Part shown: piece by piece, positions 38,416-48,196 of the stretch
Layout of the letters: the number at the start of each line of letters is the position of its first letter
Position numbering within the stretch: the stretch's first letter is position 1
Assembly (NCBI GenBank): GCA_903898675.1
Contig: CAIUGM010000002.1
Location: 147,478-211,477, forward strand
Direction: 5' to 3'
DNA length: 64,000 nt
Origin: an uncultured Verrucomicrobiota bacterium
GTDB lineage: Bacteria > Verrucomicrobiota > Verrucomicrobiia > Opitutales > Opitutaceae
Translations under genes and position numbers: made by a program
The notes under the pieces: generated by a model
What the model saw: the letters and a program-made list of their open reading frames with translations, nothing else
Database searches by the model: none
What the model was told of the DNA's origin: nothing

Positions 38416-39180
38416 ATGAAACCTGAGGAATACCTGAAAGCCTGCTTCGGTCTCGAGGGCAAAGTCGCCGTCGTGATCGGCGGCACCGGCGAACTGTGCG
38501 GCGCGATGGCCGAGGGCCTCGCGGGCGCCGGGGCGGAGGTCGTGCTCGTCGGCCGCAGCCGCGAAAAGGCGGACGCCCGGCTGGCGCGGATCGCGGCGGC
38601 GGGTGGACGCGGGTGGTTTCATTCGGCGGACGCGGGCAGCCGGGCGGAGCTGGAAGCCCTGCGCGACGCGGTGCTGCAGCGCAGCGGACGGATTGACATC
38701 GTCGTCAATGGCGCCGGCATCAACTCGGCCACGCCTTTCGTCCGGAGTCACTATCCAGTGGACGATGGCAGGCAGGCGATTTTTGGGATGTCGAACGGCG
38801 GTGTGGCCGTCCTCCGGCTCCTTTTCCGCCATCCGGAGGCCTTTCAAACTTACATCGCCGGTAGCCCGGCCATCTACCATAACGACCGGGCGGTGCTGGC
38901 AGACGAGGCTGCTTTTTCCGCGCAGATCCGAACCGGGAACCTGCAGTTGAAACTGCTCATCACGACTGCGGCCAATGAGCAATATCGGGGCAACGATCCC
39001 AAACTCTTGGCGGCAGACGGTCGGTTCGTCGACAACGCCGCCGAACTGGCCGCCCGCCTGGCGCCACTGAATCCCGCCACCTTCAAGGTGGTCTATACCT
39101 CCTTTGCCGACGAGACCCATAAGTCAGCCTCGCTGCCCGCGCTCAGCCGCGCCCTAACGTTTGCGTTGAAGCCTGATTGA
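38416..39180 (+). pseudogene. chimeric ORF: SDR N-terminus (UxuB/gluconate-5-DH-like) fused at ~38740 to an alpha/beta-hydrolase esterase C-terminus
   Basis: '[10 protein letters not shown]...[12 protein letters not shown]' then 'AIFGMSNGG...YIAGSP...ETHKS'; SDR YxxxK half and esterase N-terminus both absent. Confidence 0.75.
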
Positions 39181-39280
39181 TTGGGATGAAGTGAGCAGGT
39201 TGACGTCGGCTAGCCACGCGGAAAAATTTAAGTCCCTAAAGGGGCCGCAATACATGATGACTTCTCGGCGTCTGAGCCTG

Positions 39281-39415
39281 AAATGAAGCAAATGGAGCGA
39301 ATCAGGAGTTCGCTTCAGTCAGATTCCCGGGCTTGTTGAGGGGTGATTAACACTGCAATGAAGCGAATCGAACGTCCATTTCCCCTCTGAAGTCCGCCGA
39401 TTTGCTTCACTTTTG
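39281..39415. repeat. four TGAAGC(A/G)AA motifs in alternating orientation (att-arm-like)
   Basis: tgaagcaaat 39284, ttcgcttca 39309, tgaagcgaa 39359, atttgcttcactttt 39400. Confidence 0.55.
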
Positions 39416-39442
39416 TTTCGTGTTAACAAACGCGCCGGGCAG

Positions 39443-39568
39443 CCATTCGACGCGCTTCGCTTGCTCATGGCCTGCGGCCGGCAATGCAAAAACCGATACC
39501 ATCCGGATCACCGAATCACTCCAAACCGCGCGTCGAATGGCCCTGAGCAAGCGCAGCGCGTCGAACGG
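39443..39568. repeat. 30-bp imperfect inverted repeat pair (REP-like) upstream of the GIY-YIG gene
   Basis: ccattcgacgcgcttcgcttgctcatggcc (39443-39472) vs ggccctgagcaagcgcagcgcgtcgaacgg (39539-39568), 3 mismatches; extra cgcgtcgaatgg at 39529-39540. Confidence 0.75.
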
Positions 39569-39597
39569 GCTCCGGGGCTTGCTCGATCCCTAACATC

Positions 39598-39936
39598 GTG
39601 AAAGCCAATTTTCTCATCATCGAGGCCCATCGCTTGGTCCCAAGTATTGGCAAAGGCCAATCAGTGGTCTATTTCCTGAAACTTAGCTCAGGTGTGATCT
39701 ACGTAGGTTGCTCAGCCGACCTAGACCAGAGACTCGACGATCACTTATCCGGCCGGGCCTGCCGAACAACCCAAGTCGATCCGCCAGTTGCGGTGCTGCG
39801 GATCGAATGCTATCCTGCCTTCTCCGATGCTCGGCGCCGCGAAGCCCAGCTCAAGCGCTGGTCCCGTGCCAAGAAGGAAGCGCTCATTCGCGGTGAAACT
39901 GCCCGCCTCCGCGACCTCAGCCAGTCTCGCGATTGA
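39598..39936 (+). CDS. stand-alone GIY-YIG nuclease (UPF0213/YhbQ-like)
   Basis: 'VYFL...IYVGCSADLDQRL..H', 'ARRREAQLKRWSRAKKEALI'; true start may be GTG ~39664. Confidence 0.88.
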   Translation: MKANFLIIEAHRLVPSIGKGQSVVYFLKLSSGVIYVGCSADLDQRLDDHLSGRACRTTQVDPPVAVLRIECYPAFSDARRREAQLKRWSRAKKEALIRGETARLRDLSQSRD

Positions 39937-40118
39937 TGGGACAGCCGTCGACAAACCTTAGCCCGCCCAAGGGTAAGGAGTTTGCTCATTCGCCCCGCGG
40001 TAATCCCATGAAACGCGCAATCCCGACCAACGCCATGATTCGCGACTGGCACCCGGCGGATTGACGGGCGCCATGATCATTGTGATCATCCCGGTCCTCC
40101 GCTCACCGGACCCTTCCC

Positions 40119-41729
40119 ATGTTCAAACCCCTGCTTGCTTCCCTGCTCCTTGCATTGCCCTTCTCGCTCAGCGCGGCGGCGCCGACCCCGGTCCCGCGGG
40201 TGATCGGGGCCGACCTGTCGGCCCCGCGCGGCCCGATGAACCGGATGTATAATTTTTGCGTCGGCGCCGGCCGGGCCAACGAGGGGTTGCGCGCCGACTG
40301 GCAGCGCCAGCTCCGCCGCGCCCGCGCCGAGTGCGGGTTCCGCTACATCCGGTTTCACGGGCTCTTCGACGACGACATGGGCGTTTACCAGGAGGACAAG
40401 CAGGGGCACGCGATCTACAACTGGCAGTACGTCGACGAGCTCTTTGATTTTTTCGAGAGCATCGGGATGAAGCCGTTCGTCGAGCTCGGCTTCATGCCCG
40501 GCGCCCTGGCGAGCGGGCCGCAAACCATTTTCTGGTACAAGGCGAACGTCACCCCGCCGAAGGATTATGCGAAATGGGAGGCGTTCATCGCCGCGTTTGT
40601 CCGCCACAACACCGAGCGCTACGGCGCCGCCGAGGTGCGCTCGTGGTATTTCGAGGTCTGGAACGAGCCGAATCTGACCGGGTTCTGGATGGGCACCACC
40701 GGGGGCAAGACCGAGGAAGAGTTCACCCCGATCGCCCGCGCCGAATACTACAAGCTTTACGAAGTCACCGCCCGGGCGGTGAAGTCCGTCGATGTCACCT
40801 ACCGCGTGGGCGGACCGGCGACCGCCGGCAGCGGCTGGATTGACGAGACGCTGGCCTATTGCACCACGCACGCCCTGCCGCTCGATTTCATCAGCACGCA
40901 CAGCTACGCCACCAACAGCGGTTACCTCGATGAGAACGGCAGCGCCGGCACGGTGTTCTCCCCCGACCGCAACGCCATCACCGGCGAGGTACGCAGCGTC
41001 CGGGCGCGGATGGACCGCTCCCGCTTCGCCGCGGCGGAACTGCATTACACCGAGTGGAGCAGCTCCTACACGCCGTTCGACCCGATCCACGACAGCTATC
41101 ACAGCGCCGCGTTCATCCTCGACAAGATCCGTCACATCGGGGCCACCGCCAACTCGATGTCTTACTGGACATTCACCGACATCTTCGAGGAAGCCGGTCC
41201 GCGCACGACGCCGTTCCACGGTGGTTTCGGGTTGTTCAACTACCAGGACCTCCCCAAGCCGTCCTACTACGCCTACCAGTTCCTGCACCGGCTCGGCGAC
41301 ACGGAGCTCGCCTGTGCCGATCCTGATGCCTTTGTCTGCCGGGACGGCGCGGGCGCCGTGCAGGCGCTCTTCTGGGATTTCACAATCACGCATCCCGGCC
41401 CGGCGATCATCAACCAGGAATATTACAAGGCGGAACATCCTACCAATCCGAAGGGTGCGGCCGAACTTCGTCTCACCGGTCTCAAGGCCGGCACGTATCG
41501 CCTGGTCGCCACGAAAGTCGGTTACCGGGCCAACGATGTGCAGTCCGCCTGGCGCGACCTCGGCTCACCCGCGCAGCTCAGCCGCGCCCAAGTCGGGACC
41601 TTACGCCAGGCCTCTTCCGGTGCCCCGGTCATCGACGAGAAGGTCGAGGTGCGCGCCGACGGCATTTTCTCGCGCCAATTCGAACTGCGCGAGAATGACG
41701 TCTGGCTGGCGGAGCTGCGGCCGCTCTGA
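40119..41729 (+). CDS. secreted GH39 beta-xylosidase
   Basis: 'YIRFHGLF', 'EVWNEP', 'HYTEWSS', 'SYWTFTDIFEE', 'FHGGFGL'. Confidence 0.92.
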   Translation: MFKPLLASLLLALPFSLSAAAPTPVPRVIGADLSAPRGPMNRMYNFCVGAGRANEGLRADWQRQLRRARAECGFRYIRFHGLFDDDMGVYQEDKQGHAIYNWQYVDELFDFFESIGMKPFVELGFMPGALASGPQTIFWYKANVTPPKDYAKWEAFIAAFVRHNTERYGAAEVRSWYFEVWNEPNLTGFWMGTTGGKTEEEFTPIARAEYYKLYEVTARAVKSVDVTYRVGGPATAGSGWIDETLAYCTTHALPLDFISTHSYATNSGYLDENGSAGTVFSPDRNAITGEVRSVRARMDRSRFAAAELHYTEWSSSYTPFDPIHDSYHSAAFILDKIRHIGATANSMSYWTFTDIFEEAGPRTTPFHGGFGLFNYQDLPKPSYYAYQFLHRLGDTELACADPDAFVCRDGAGAVQALFWDFTITHPGPAIINQEYYKAEHPTNPKGAAELRLTGLKAGTYRLVATKVGYRANDVQSAWRDLGSPAQLSRAQVGTLRQASSGAPVIDEKVEVRADGIFSRQFELRENDVWLAELRPL

Positions 41730-41804
41730 GGCGCGACAGGATCCTCGCACCCAAACCGGCGTGTTGCGGTTAACCCACTCCACCTCCGATTGCATTGTTC
41801 AGAC

Positions 41805-42398
41805 TCAGGACTTGCCGACGTCCTCCGGGTGCACCGGCCAGTAGTCTTCGTGGATCTTGAGGCCCTCGGCTTCCATCAGGGGGCCGAGGACCTTGGTCTT
41901 GGGGGCGATGCGGCGAAGGATTTCGTGGCTGGCGAGCGGATTCGGATCGGGTGGCAGGCCCATGACCTGGATGAACGGCGCTTCCGACGCGCCGTAAACC
42001 ACCCGGCCGATCCCGGAGAAGCAGACTGCGCCACAGCACATGGCGCAGGGCTCAGTGCTCGTGTAGAGCGTCGCCTTCGCAAAGGTCTCCCGGTCGATCT
42101 TGGGGCTGAACGTCGAGATCAACCCGGTCTCGGCGTGCTTGGTGATGTCGCCGGTCGAGTGCACGCAGTTCGAGAACTCGGCGAGGATCTTGCCGTCCTT
42201 CACGAGCAGCGCGCCAAACGGGCCGCCGCCATGCGTGACGGCGTAGCGCGCCAGCTCGTAGGCCCGCGCCATGTAGATGCGGTCCTCGGCGGTGCACTGC
42301 GGGTCATCGGGCCCGGGCGCGGGAAACGCGGCGTACGTGGTTGAAACCGGGAGCAGAATCGCTCCGAAAATGAACGCGCGCAATGAGGCGGAAGTCAT
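41805..42398 (-). CDS. Zn-dependent nucleoside/nucleobase deaminase with signal-peptide-like N-terminus
   Basis: 'PFGA', 'HAE', 'STEPCAMC'; hydrophobic N-terminus ending '...TYA-A'. Confidence 0.85.
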   Translation of the reverse strand: MTSASLRAFIFGAILLPVSTTYAAFPAPGPDDPQCTAEDRIYMARAYELARYAVTHGGGPFGALLVKDGKILAEFSNCVHSTGDITKHAETGLISTFSPKIDRETFAKATLYTSTEPCAMCCGAVCFSGIGRVVYGASEAPFIQVMGLPPDPNPLASHEILRRIAPKTKVLGPLMEAEGLKIHEDYWPVHPEDVGKS

Positions 42399-42409
42399 GG
42401 GCACAGAAG

Positions 42410-42425
42410 AGCACTAGATATGCCA
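42410..42425 (-). promoter_or_regulatory. putative sigma-54 promoter of the deaminase gene
   Basis: Minus strand TGGCAT-ATCTA-GTGCT; would place the transcription start almost at the ATG. Confidence 0.4.
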
Positions 42426-42518
42426 TCCCGGGTTGGGTTTCCATTTAACCCGAGGACGATTATTGACCGGGCGGGTGGATCGTGGCTTCTTGGCTGTCCC
42501 GTACCCCCTTAGCTTCGT

Positions 42519-43592
42519 ATGAAACTCCGTTACCTCCGGCTCGTGGTCCAGTTGATCGGATTAACCGTGGGTGGCGCGGCGGTTGCCGGCGTGGCGGATG
42601 CCAAATTGGACTTCTACTGGATCGACACGGAGGGCGGGGGAGCGACCCTGATCGTGACTCCCGCAGGCGAGTCCGTGCTCATTGACTCCGGCAACCCGGG
42701 TGGCCGGGATGCCCCGCGGATTTACCGGGTCGCAGCCGGCGTCGCCGGCCTGAAGAAGATCGACCATTACGTTACCACCCACTTTCACCTGGATCACTAT
42801 GGTGGTGCGGCCGAACTCGCGGCCCTGATGCCCATCGGGCAGGTTTACGACAATGGCCTGCCACAGGCCGATCCTGACCACAACTCCTCCGACACGCGCT
42901 GGGTCATGCTGCTCAAGCCCTATCGGGAGTTCGCGGCCGACCGGCGCAACATGCTCCGGGCCGGCGATCTCATCCCGCTGAAACCCGCCGGCGGGAGTCC
43001 GCGGCTCACGTTGCGTTGCGTGGCGGCCCGGCAGCAGTTTGCCCCTGCGCCCGCCGGAACCGGGCCCAACCCGCTTGCCGCCCAGGCCGCCACCCGGCCC
43101 ACGGACACGAGCGATAACGCCAACAGCATTGCGCTCGTGCTCGACTTCGGGCCCTTCCGTTTTTTCGACGGCGGTGACCTGACCTGGAATACCGAGGGCG
43201 CGCTGGTGACTCCCGTCAACCGCGTCGGTCAGGTGGATGTGTACCAGGTCGACCACCATGGGCTCGACCTCAGCAACAATCCGGTGCTCATCCACAGTCT
43301 CGCGCCCGCGGTCTCCGTCATGAACAACGGCCCGCGCAAGGGCACCGGTGCGGCCACCCTTGCCGCGCTCCGCAGCTCGCCGGGCCTCCAGGCCATGTAT
43401 CAGGTGCACAAAAATGTCCGCACCGACGACCAGGACAACACGGCCGACGAGTTCATCGCCAACCTGCCGGAGAAATGCGACGGCAACTATCTGCACCTCG
43501 CGGTCGATGCCGCCGGCGGCAGTTACACGGTTTCCATTCCCGCCACTGGCCACATCCGGACCTTTGCCACGCGCAAGCCCGTCGGGCCGTAA
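42519..43592 (+). CDS. secreted ComEC/Rec2-like metallo-beta-lactamase-fold hydrolase
   Basis: '[10 protein letters not shown]', '[10 protein letters not shown]', 'NANS', 'GDL', 'DHHG'. Confidence 0.85.
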   Translation: MKLRYLRLVVQLIGLTVGGAAVAGVADAKLDFYWIDTEGGGATLIVTPAGESVLIDSGNPGGRDAPRIYRVAAGVAGLKKIDHYVTTHFHLDHYGGAAELAALMPIGQVYDNGLPQADPDHNSSDTRWVMLLKPYREFAADRRNMLRAGDLIPLKPAGGSPRLTLRCVAARQQFAPAPAGTGPNPLAAQAATRPTDTSDNANSIALVLDFGPFRFFDGGDLTWNTEGALVTPVNRVGQVDVYQVDHHGLDLSNNPVLIHSLAPAVSVMNNGPRKGTGAATLAALRSSPGLQAMYQVHKNVRTDDQDNTADEFIANLPEKCDGNYLHLAVDAAGGSYTVSIPATGHIRTFATRKPVGP

Positions 43593-43604
43593 ACCAATCC
43601 TGTT

Positions 43605-46061
43605 ATGATCAATCGCCTGCCGTTCACCTCATTCCTTCCGGCGCTCACGCTCGGTGCCTTGCTCAGCTTCGCCCCGGCTGTCCTGGCCGCCGCCGAGCCG
43701 GCCCCCAGCCCGCGGGAGATAATTCCCCTCGATCAAGCCTGGCGTTTCCACCTCGGCGATGATCCCGCGGCCCGGCAGCCCAATTTCGACGACGCGGGTT
43801 GGCGGACGCTCGACGTTCCGCATGACTGGAGCATCGAGAGTCCGCTCACCCCGCCGCCGGAGGGCGAGAAGAACGGCGGCTTTTTTGCGCATGGCATCGG
43901 CTGGTACCGCAAAGCCTTCACGCTTCCGCCCGGCGCCGGCCGGAAGGTGGTCGTCGAGTTCGACGGCGTTTACATGAACAGCGAGGTCTGGATCAACGGC
44001 CAGTTCCTCGGTCGCCGGCCCTATGGCTTCGTCGGCTTTCGCTATGATCTCTCCGAATTCCTAAAAACCGACGGCTCGGCCAACGTCCTCGCCGTGCGCG
44101 TGGACGATTCATTGGAGCCTGCGGTCCGCTGGTACGCCGGCGCCGGCATTTACCGGCACGTGCGCCTGATCACCACTGGTTACACGCATTTCCGGCTCGA
44201 TGGCGGGGTCAGCATCACCACGCCGGAAATCAATGCCGCGCAGGCCGTCGTCCAGGCCAATCTGATTATCGACGCGCATTTCTTCACCGAGGAAGAACGG
44301 TTGGCCTGGGTCAAGGACGCCTGGCACGTCAAGCCGGTGAAGCGCGAGGCCGTCCTCCGCAGCAGCGTGCTCGCGCCGGATGGCACGGTCGTGGCGAGCA
44401 CCGAGTCCAGGCTCACGCTGGAAAGCATGCGCGCGGGCCAGCGCTCCACCCAATATGTCACTGTGCCGACCCCGCGCCTCTGGTCCGAGCACACCCCGGT
44501 GCTATACCAGCTGCGCAACACCCTGCTGCTCGACGGCCGCACGCTCGACGAAACGACCACGACGTTCGGCTTCCGCCGGCTGGAATTCGATCCCGAGCGC
44601 GGCCTGCTCGTCAATGGCCAGCCGACCAAGCTCAAGGGCGTCTGCCTGCACCAGGACGCGGGCTCGTTTGGCAATGCCGTGCCGATCGCGGTCTGGGCCG
44701 CACGCCTTGCCTTCCTGAAAGAGATGGGCTGCAATGCCATTCGCACGAGCCATCACCCGTTTGCGCCGGAGTTCTACGACCTGTGCGACCGGCTCGGCTT
44801 TTATGTCTTCGATGAGGCGTTCGATGAGTGGACGCGGGACTGGACCTACAACCCGACGGAAAACACCCGGGGCAAGTCGCAATATGGCTACCACCTCTAC
44901 TTCAACCAGTGGCACGACGCGGACCTCCGCGCCATGTTGCGCCGGGACCGCAACCACCCGAGCGTGGTGCTCTATAGCATCGGCAACGAAATCCCCGACC
45001 AGTTCAACGACGACGGCTGGAAGCTCGCCAAGGAACTGGTCGCCATCTGCCACGAGGAAGACCCGACCCGGCCGGTGACTTCCGCCTGCGACCAGTCCTT
45101 CGTCTCGTCGCGCAACGGGTTCATGGACGTCCTCGACATCTATGGTTACAATTACATCGACCGCCTTTACCAGGAGCGCACCTACGCGCCCGATCACGAG
45201 CGCTTCCCCCACCGGCTCTTCGTCGGCACGGAGACGTCCCATCATCTGCACAACTGGCTCGGGGTCCGCGATAATGCCTACGTCATCGGCGACTTCATCT
45301 GGACCGGCATCGACTACCTCGGGGAGTCCTTCGCCTTCCCGTTCCGGGGCAACCCGTCCGGGTTCATCGATCTCGCGGGCGGCCGGAAGCCCGGGTTTTA
45401 TCAGCGCGCCGCCTACTGGCGCGAGGACCCGGTGTTGCATCTTTCCGTTTTGACCGGGGAAAAAGCCGTGAACGCCTGGCGCGATGCCCCTGCGCTCAGC
45501 AAATGGAACTGGCCCGCCGGAGCCCAGCTGGACGTGCAGGCTGCCACCAACTGTGACGAAGTTGAACTCTTCCTCAACGATCGCTCCCTCGGCCGCCATG
45601 CCGTTTCCCACGAGGTTTATGCCAGCAAGTGGACCGTACCCTACGCCAGCGGCGTGCTGTCGGCGGTGGGTTATCGCGGCGGCCAACCGGTGCTCAAGGA
45701 TGAATTGCGCACGGTGGGTGCACCGGCGCGGTTCCAAACAACGTTGCTGCCTGGATCCATCCCCGGCGGGATGTCGCTCTACGAAATCACCGTGGTGGAT
45801 GACGCCGGCCGGTTGGTGGTCGACGCGACTCCCGTCGTGACCGTGCACGTGGAGGGTTCCGGGCAACTCAGCGGGCTCGACACGGGCGATCTCCGTTATG
45901 GCGGCCTGTTCAAGGTCGACACCCGCACCGCCTATCAGGGCCGGCTCCTCGCCGTGGTGCAACGGACCGCCCCGGCCGGTGAGATTCGTGTCTCTGTGAC
46001 CGCCCCGGGTTTGCCTGCCGCCACCTTGGTCTTGCCGGCGAATTCCACTGGCGGGCCCTGA
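43605..46061 (+). CDS. secreted GH2 glycoside hydrolase (with DUF4982-type C-terminus)
   Basis: 'VPHDWSIE', 'FDGVYM', 'KGVCLHQD', 'IRTSHHP', 'YSIGNE', 'WTGIDYLGE'. Confidence 0.92.
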   Translation: MINRLPFTSFLPALTLGALLSFAPAVLAAAEPAPSPREIIPLDQAWRFHLGDDPAARQPNFDDAGWRTLDVPHDWSIESPLTPPPEGEKNGGFFAHGIGWYRKAFTLPPGAGRKVVVEFDGVYMNSEVWINGQFLGRRPYGFVGFRYDLSEFLKTDGSANVLAVRVDDSLEPAVRWYAGAGIYRHVRLITTGYTHFRLDGGVSITTPEINAAQAVVQANLIIDAHFFTEEERLAWVKDAWHVKPVKREAVLRSSVLAPDGTVVASTESRLTLESMRAGQRSTQYVTVPTPRLWSEHTPVLYQLRNTLLLDGRTLDETTTTFGFRRLEFDPERGLLVNGQPTKLKGVCLHQDAGSFGNAVPIAVWAARLAFLKEMGCNAIRTSHHPFAPEFYDLCDRLGFYVFDEAFDEWTRDWTYNPTENTRGKSQYGYHLYFNQWHDADLRAMLRRDRNHPSVVLYSIGNEIPDQFNDDGWKLAKELVAICHEEDPTRPVTSACDQSFVSSRNGFMDVLDIYGYNYIDRLYQERTYAPDHERFPHRLFVGTETSHHLHNWLGVRDNAYVIGDFIWTGIDYLGESFAFPFRGNPSGFIDLAGGRKPGFYQRAAYWREDPVLHLSVLTGEKAVNAWRDAPALSKWNWPAGAQLDVQAATNCDEVELFLNDRSLGRHAVSHEVYASKWTVPYASGVLSAVGYRGGQPVLKDELRTVGAPARFQTTLLPGSIPGGMSLYEITVVDDAGRLVVDATPVVTVHVEGSGQLSGLDTGDLRYGGLFKVDTRTAYQGRLLAVVQRTAPAGEIRVSVTAPGLPAATLVLPANSTGGP

Positions 46062-46149
46062 GGTTTCCAGTTGCGGGGCCGTTTTCCGATCCCTCGGAAT
46101 GCGCCAAAAGAGGATTGGAAACTGGCCGGCACCCCACTCAAGTGGTCCA

Positions 46150-48192
46150 ATGCAAAGATTCATCACCAGTGTATTCATCGCCGCGCTGGCCTCGGCCGCG
46201 CACGGCGCAACCCCGGCAGCCAGTGACGTGCTCGTCGACCGCGTCGGCAACACGGGCTTCATCCAGCTCCGCGCCGAAAGCTTCCGGGCCCTCGACGCCC
46301 GCCAGCAGGAACTCGCGTACTGGCTGACCCAGGCGTCGATCGCCATCGATCCGGTCTGCTACGACCAGTTTTCCGCCTACGGGCTGAGGCAGAAGCGCGT
46401 GCTGGAGGAAATCATCGCCCACGCCGCGGTGATCGATCCCGCGGTCCGGCCCGGGCTCGAGGCCTACGCGAAGCTCTTCTGGGGCAACCGCGGCAACCAC
46501 AACCTGTACACGACGAAGAAATTTGTACCCGCTATCACGGCCGCCGACCTGCGCGTTGCCGCCCACGCGGCCCAGAAGGCCGGGGCGTTCCAGACGACTT
46601 GCGGCGATCTCCCGGCGCTGGCCACGCCGACGGCGCTCGACGCCGAACTGACGGCGCTGGACGCGGCGTTTTTCGACGCAGCCTTCGAACCGATGCTCAC
46701 GGCCAAGAGCCCGCAGGGGGGCAAGGACATCATCCAGTCGAGCAGCAACACCTTCTATGGTCCGGGCGTGACCCTGGCCGACCTGAAGGATTTTCCAGCC
46801 AGGTACCCGCTCAATTCCCGGGTCATCAAGGATGCCGGCGGCAAGTTGCACGAACTCGTCTGTCGCGCGGGCACCCCCGATGGGAAAGTCGCTCCCGGAC
46901 TGTATGCGACCTATCTGAACCGTACCATCGCCTGCCTGACGAAGGCGCAGGCGGTCGCGGAACCGGGGCAGGCCGCCGTCATCGGCCACCTGATCCGCTA
47001 CTACCAGACCGGCGAATACGCCGACCTGCTCACCTTCGACACTGCGTGGGTGCAGGACGGCGCCACCGTCGACTTCCTCAACGGCTTCATCGAGATCTAC
47101 CGCGATGCGAACGGCGCCAAGGGCAGCTCGCAGGCCTTTGTCTCGATCACGGACGCGCCGCTGACCCATGCGATGTCCAGTCTCGCCGAGAACTCGGCCT
47201 ACTTCGAGGCCCGGGCCCCGTGGGCCGACGCCTACAAGAAGAAGGACTTTCATCCGCCCGTCGTAAAGGCGGTCGAGGTGCTGGTCGAGACCGGTGACTT
47301 CGGCGTCGTGACCATCGGCGACAATTTGCCGAACGAAAACGAGATCCACGAAAAGTATGGGACGAAGAATTTCCTCTTCACCGCCTCGAGCCGCGCGCTG
47401 AAGGCCGCCGCCGGGCAGAAATCGAACGGCGAGTTCTGCGTGAACGCGGAGGTCCGTGCCCGGCAGGAACAGTATGGTGATTCCTCGGACGAACTGCTGA
47501 CCGCCCTCCACGAGGTGATCGGTCACGGCTCCGGCAAGATGAGCGACCGGCTGAAGGGCGGGTCCGAGTCCTATCTCAAGGAATACTATTCCACGATGGA
47601 GGAAGCGCGCGCCGACCTCATGGCCCTGTGGAACATCTGGGATCCAAAGCTGAAGGAATTGGGGCTGGTGACCAACCAGGAGGAGCAGGCCAAGGCCATG
47701 TACGATCACGCGGCGATGGCCGTGCTCATCCAGCTCCGTTCCATTCCCAAGGGTGACTCGATCGAGGAGGATCACCAGCGGGACCGCGCGCTCATCGCCA
47801 ACTACATCATGGATCGTACCGGCGCGATCCAATGGGTGGTCCGCGACGGCAAGACCTACATTGAGGTGAAAGACTACCAGAAGATGCGGGCGGGAGTGGG
47901 GCAGCTCCTCGCCGAGCTGATGCGCTGCAAGGCCGAGGGCGACTACCCCGGGATCCAGTCCCTCGTGGAAAAATACGGCGTGCACTTCGACCCGGCGCTG
48001 CGCGACCAGGTGCTGGCGCGGTACAAGCAACTCGACCTGCCGACGTACTGGGCCGGCATCAATCCCGAGCTCACGGCAGAAACCGCGGCGGACGGAAAGG
48101 TGACCCGGGTCAACTTGAGTTATCCCGCCGATGCGATCCACCAGTACCTCGGCTACGGCGCGATGTACGACGCCGGCCTGACCCGGCCCTGA
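46150..48192 (+). CDS. secreted dipeptidyl-peptidase III (peptidase M49)
   Basis: Signal peptide; 'HEVIGH' and downstream 'EEARAD'. Confidence 0.85.
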   Translation: MQRFITSVFIAALASAAHGATPAASDVLVDRVGNTGFIQLRAESFRALDARQQELAYWLTQASIAIDPVCYDQFSAYGLRQKRVLEEIIAHAAVIDPAVRPGLEAYAKLFWGNRGNHNLYTTKKFVPAITAADLRVAAHAAQKAGAFQTTCGDLPALATPTALDAELTALDAAFFDAAFEPMLTAKSPQGGKDIIQSSSNTFYGPGVTLADLKDFPARYPLNSRVIKDAGGKLHELVCRAGTPDGKVAPGLYATYLNRTIACLTKAQAVAEPGQAAVIGHLIRYYQTGEYADLLTFDTAWVQDGATVDFLNGFIEIYRDANGAKGSSQAFVSITDAPLTHAMSSLAENSAYFEARAPWADAYKKKDFHPPVVKAVEVLVETGDFGVVTIGDNLPNENEIHEKYGTKNFLFTASSRALKAAAGQKSNGEFCVNAEVRARQEQYGDSSDELLTALHEVIGHGSGKMSDRLKGGSESYLKEYYSTMEEARADLMALWNIWDPKLKELGLVTNQEEQAKAMYDHAAMAVLIQLRSIPKGDSIEEDHQRDRALIANYIMDRTGAIQWVVRDGKTYIEVKDYQKMRAGVGQLLAELMRCKAEGDYPGIQSLVEKYGVHFDPALRDQVLARYKQLDLPTYWAGINPELTAETAADGKVTRVNLSYPADAIHQYLGYGAMYDAGLTRP

Positions 48193-48196
48193 CGCG

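Larger units (their letters stand above)
16792..39446. mobile_element. putative tRNA-Gln-anchored island (rearranged/decayed), bracketed by an 11-bp direct repeat
   Basis: CGGGCAGCCAT at 16792-16802 and 39436-39446; shared TTTGC(C/T)TCACTTTT motif at 16887-16900 and 39401-39414; recombinase relic at left end; AT-richer DNA at both ends. Confidence 0.5.
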
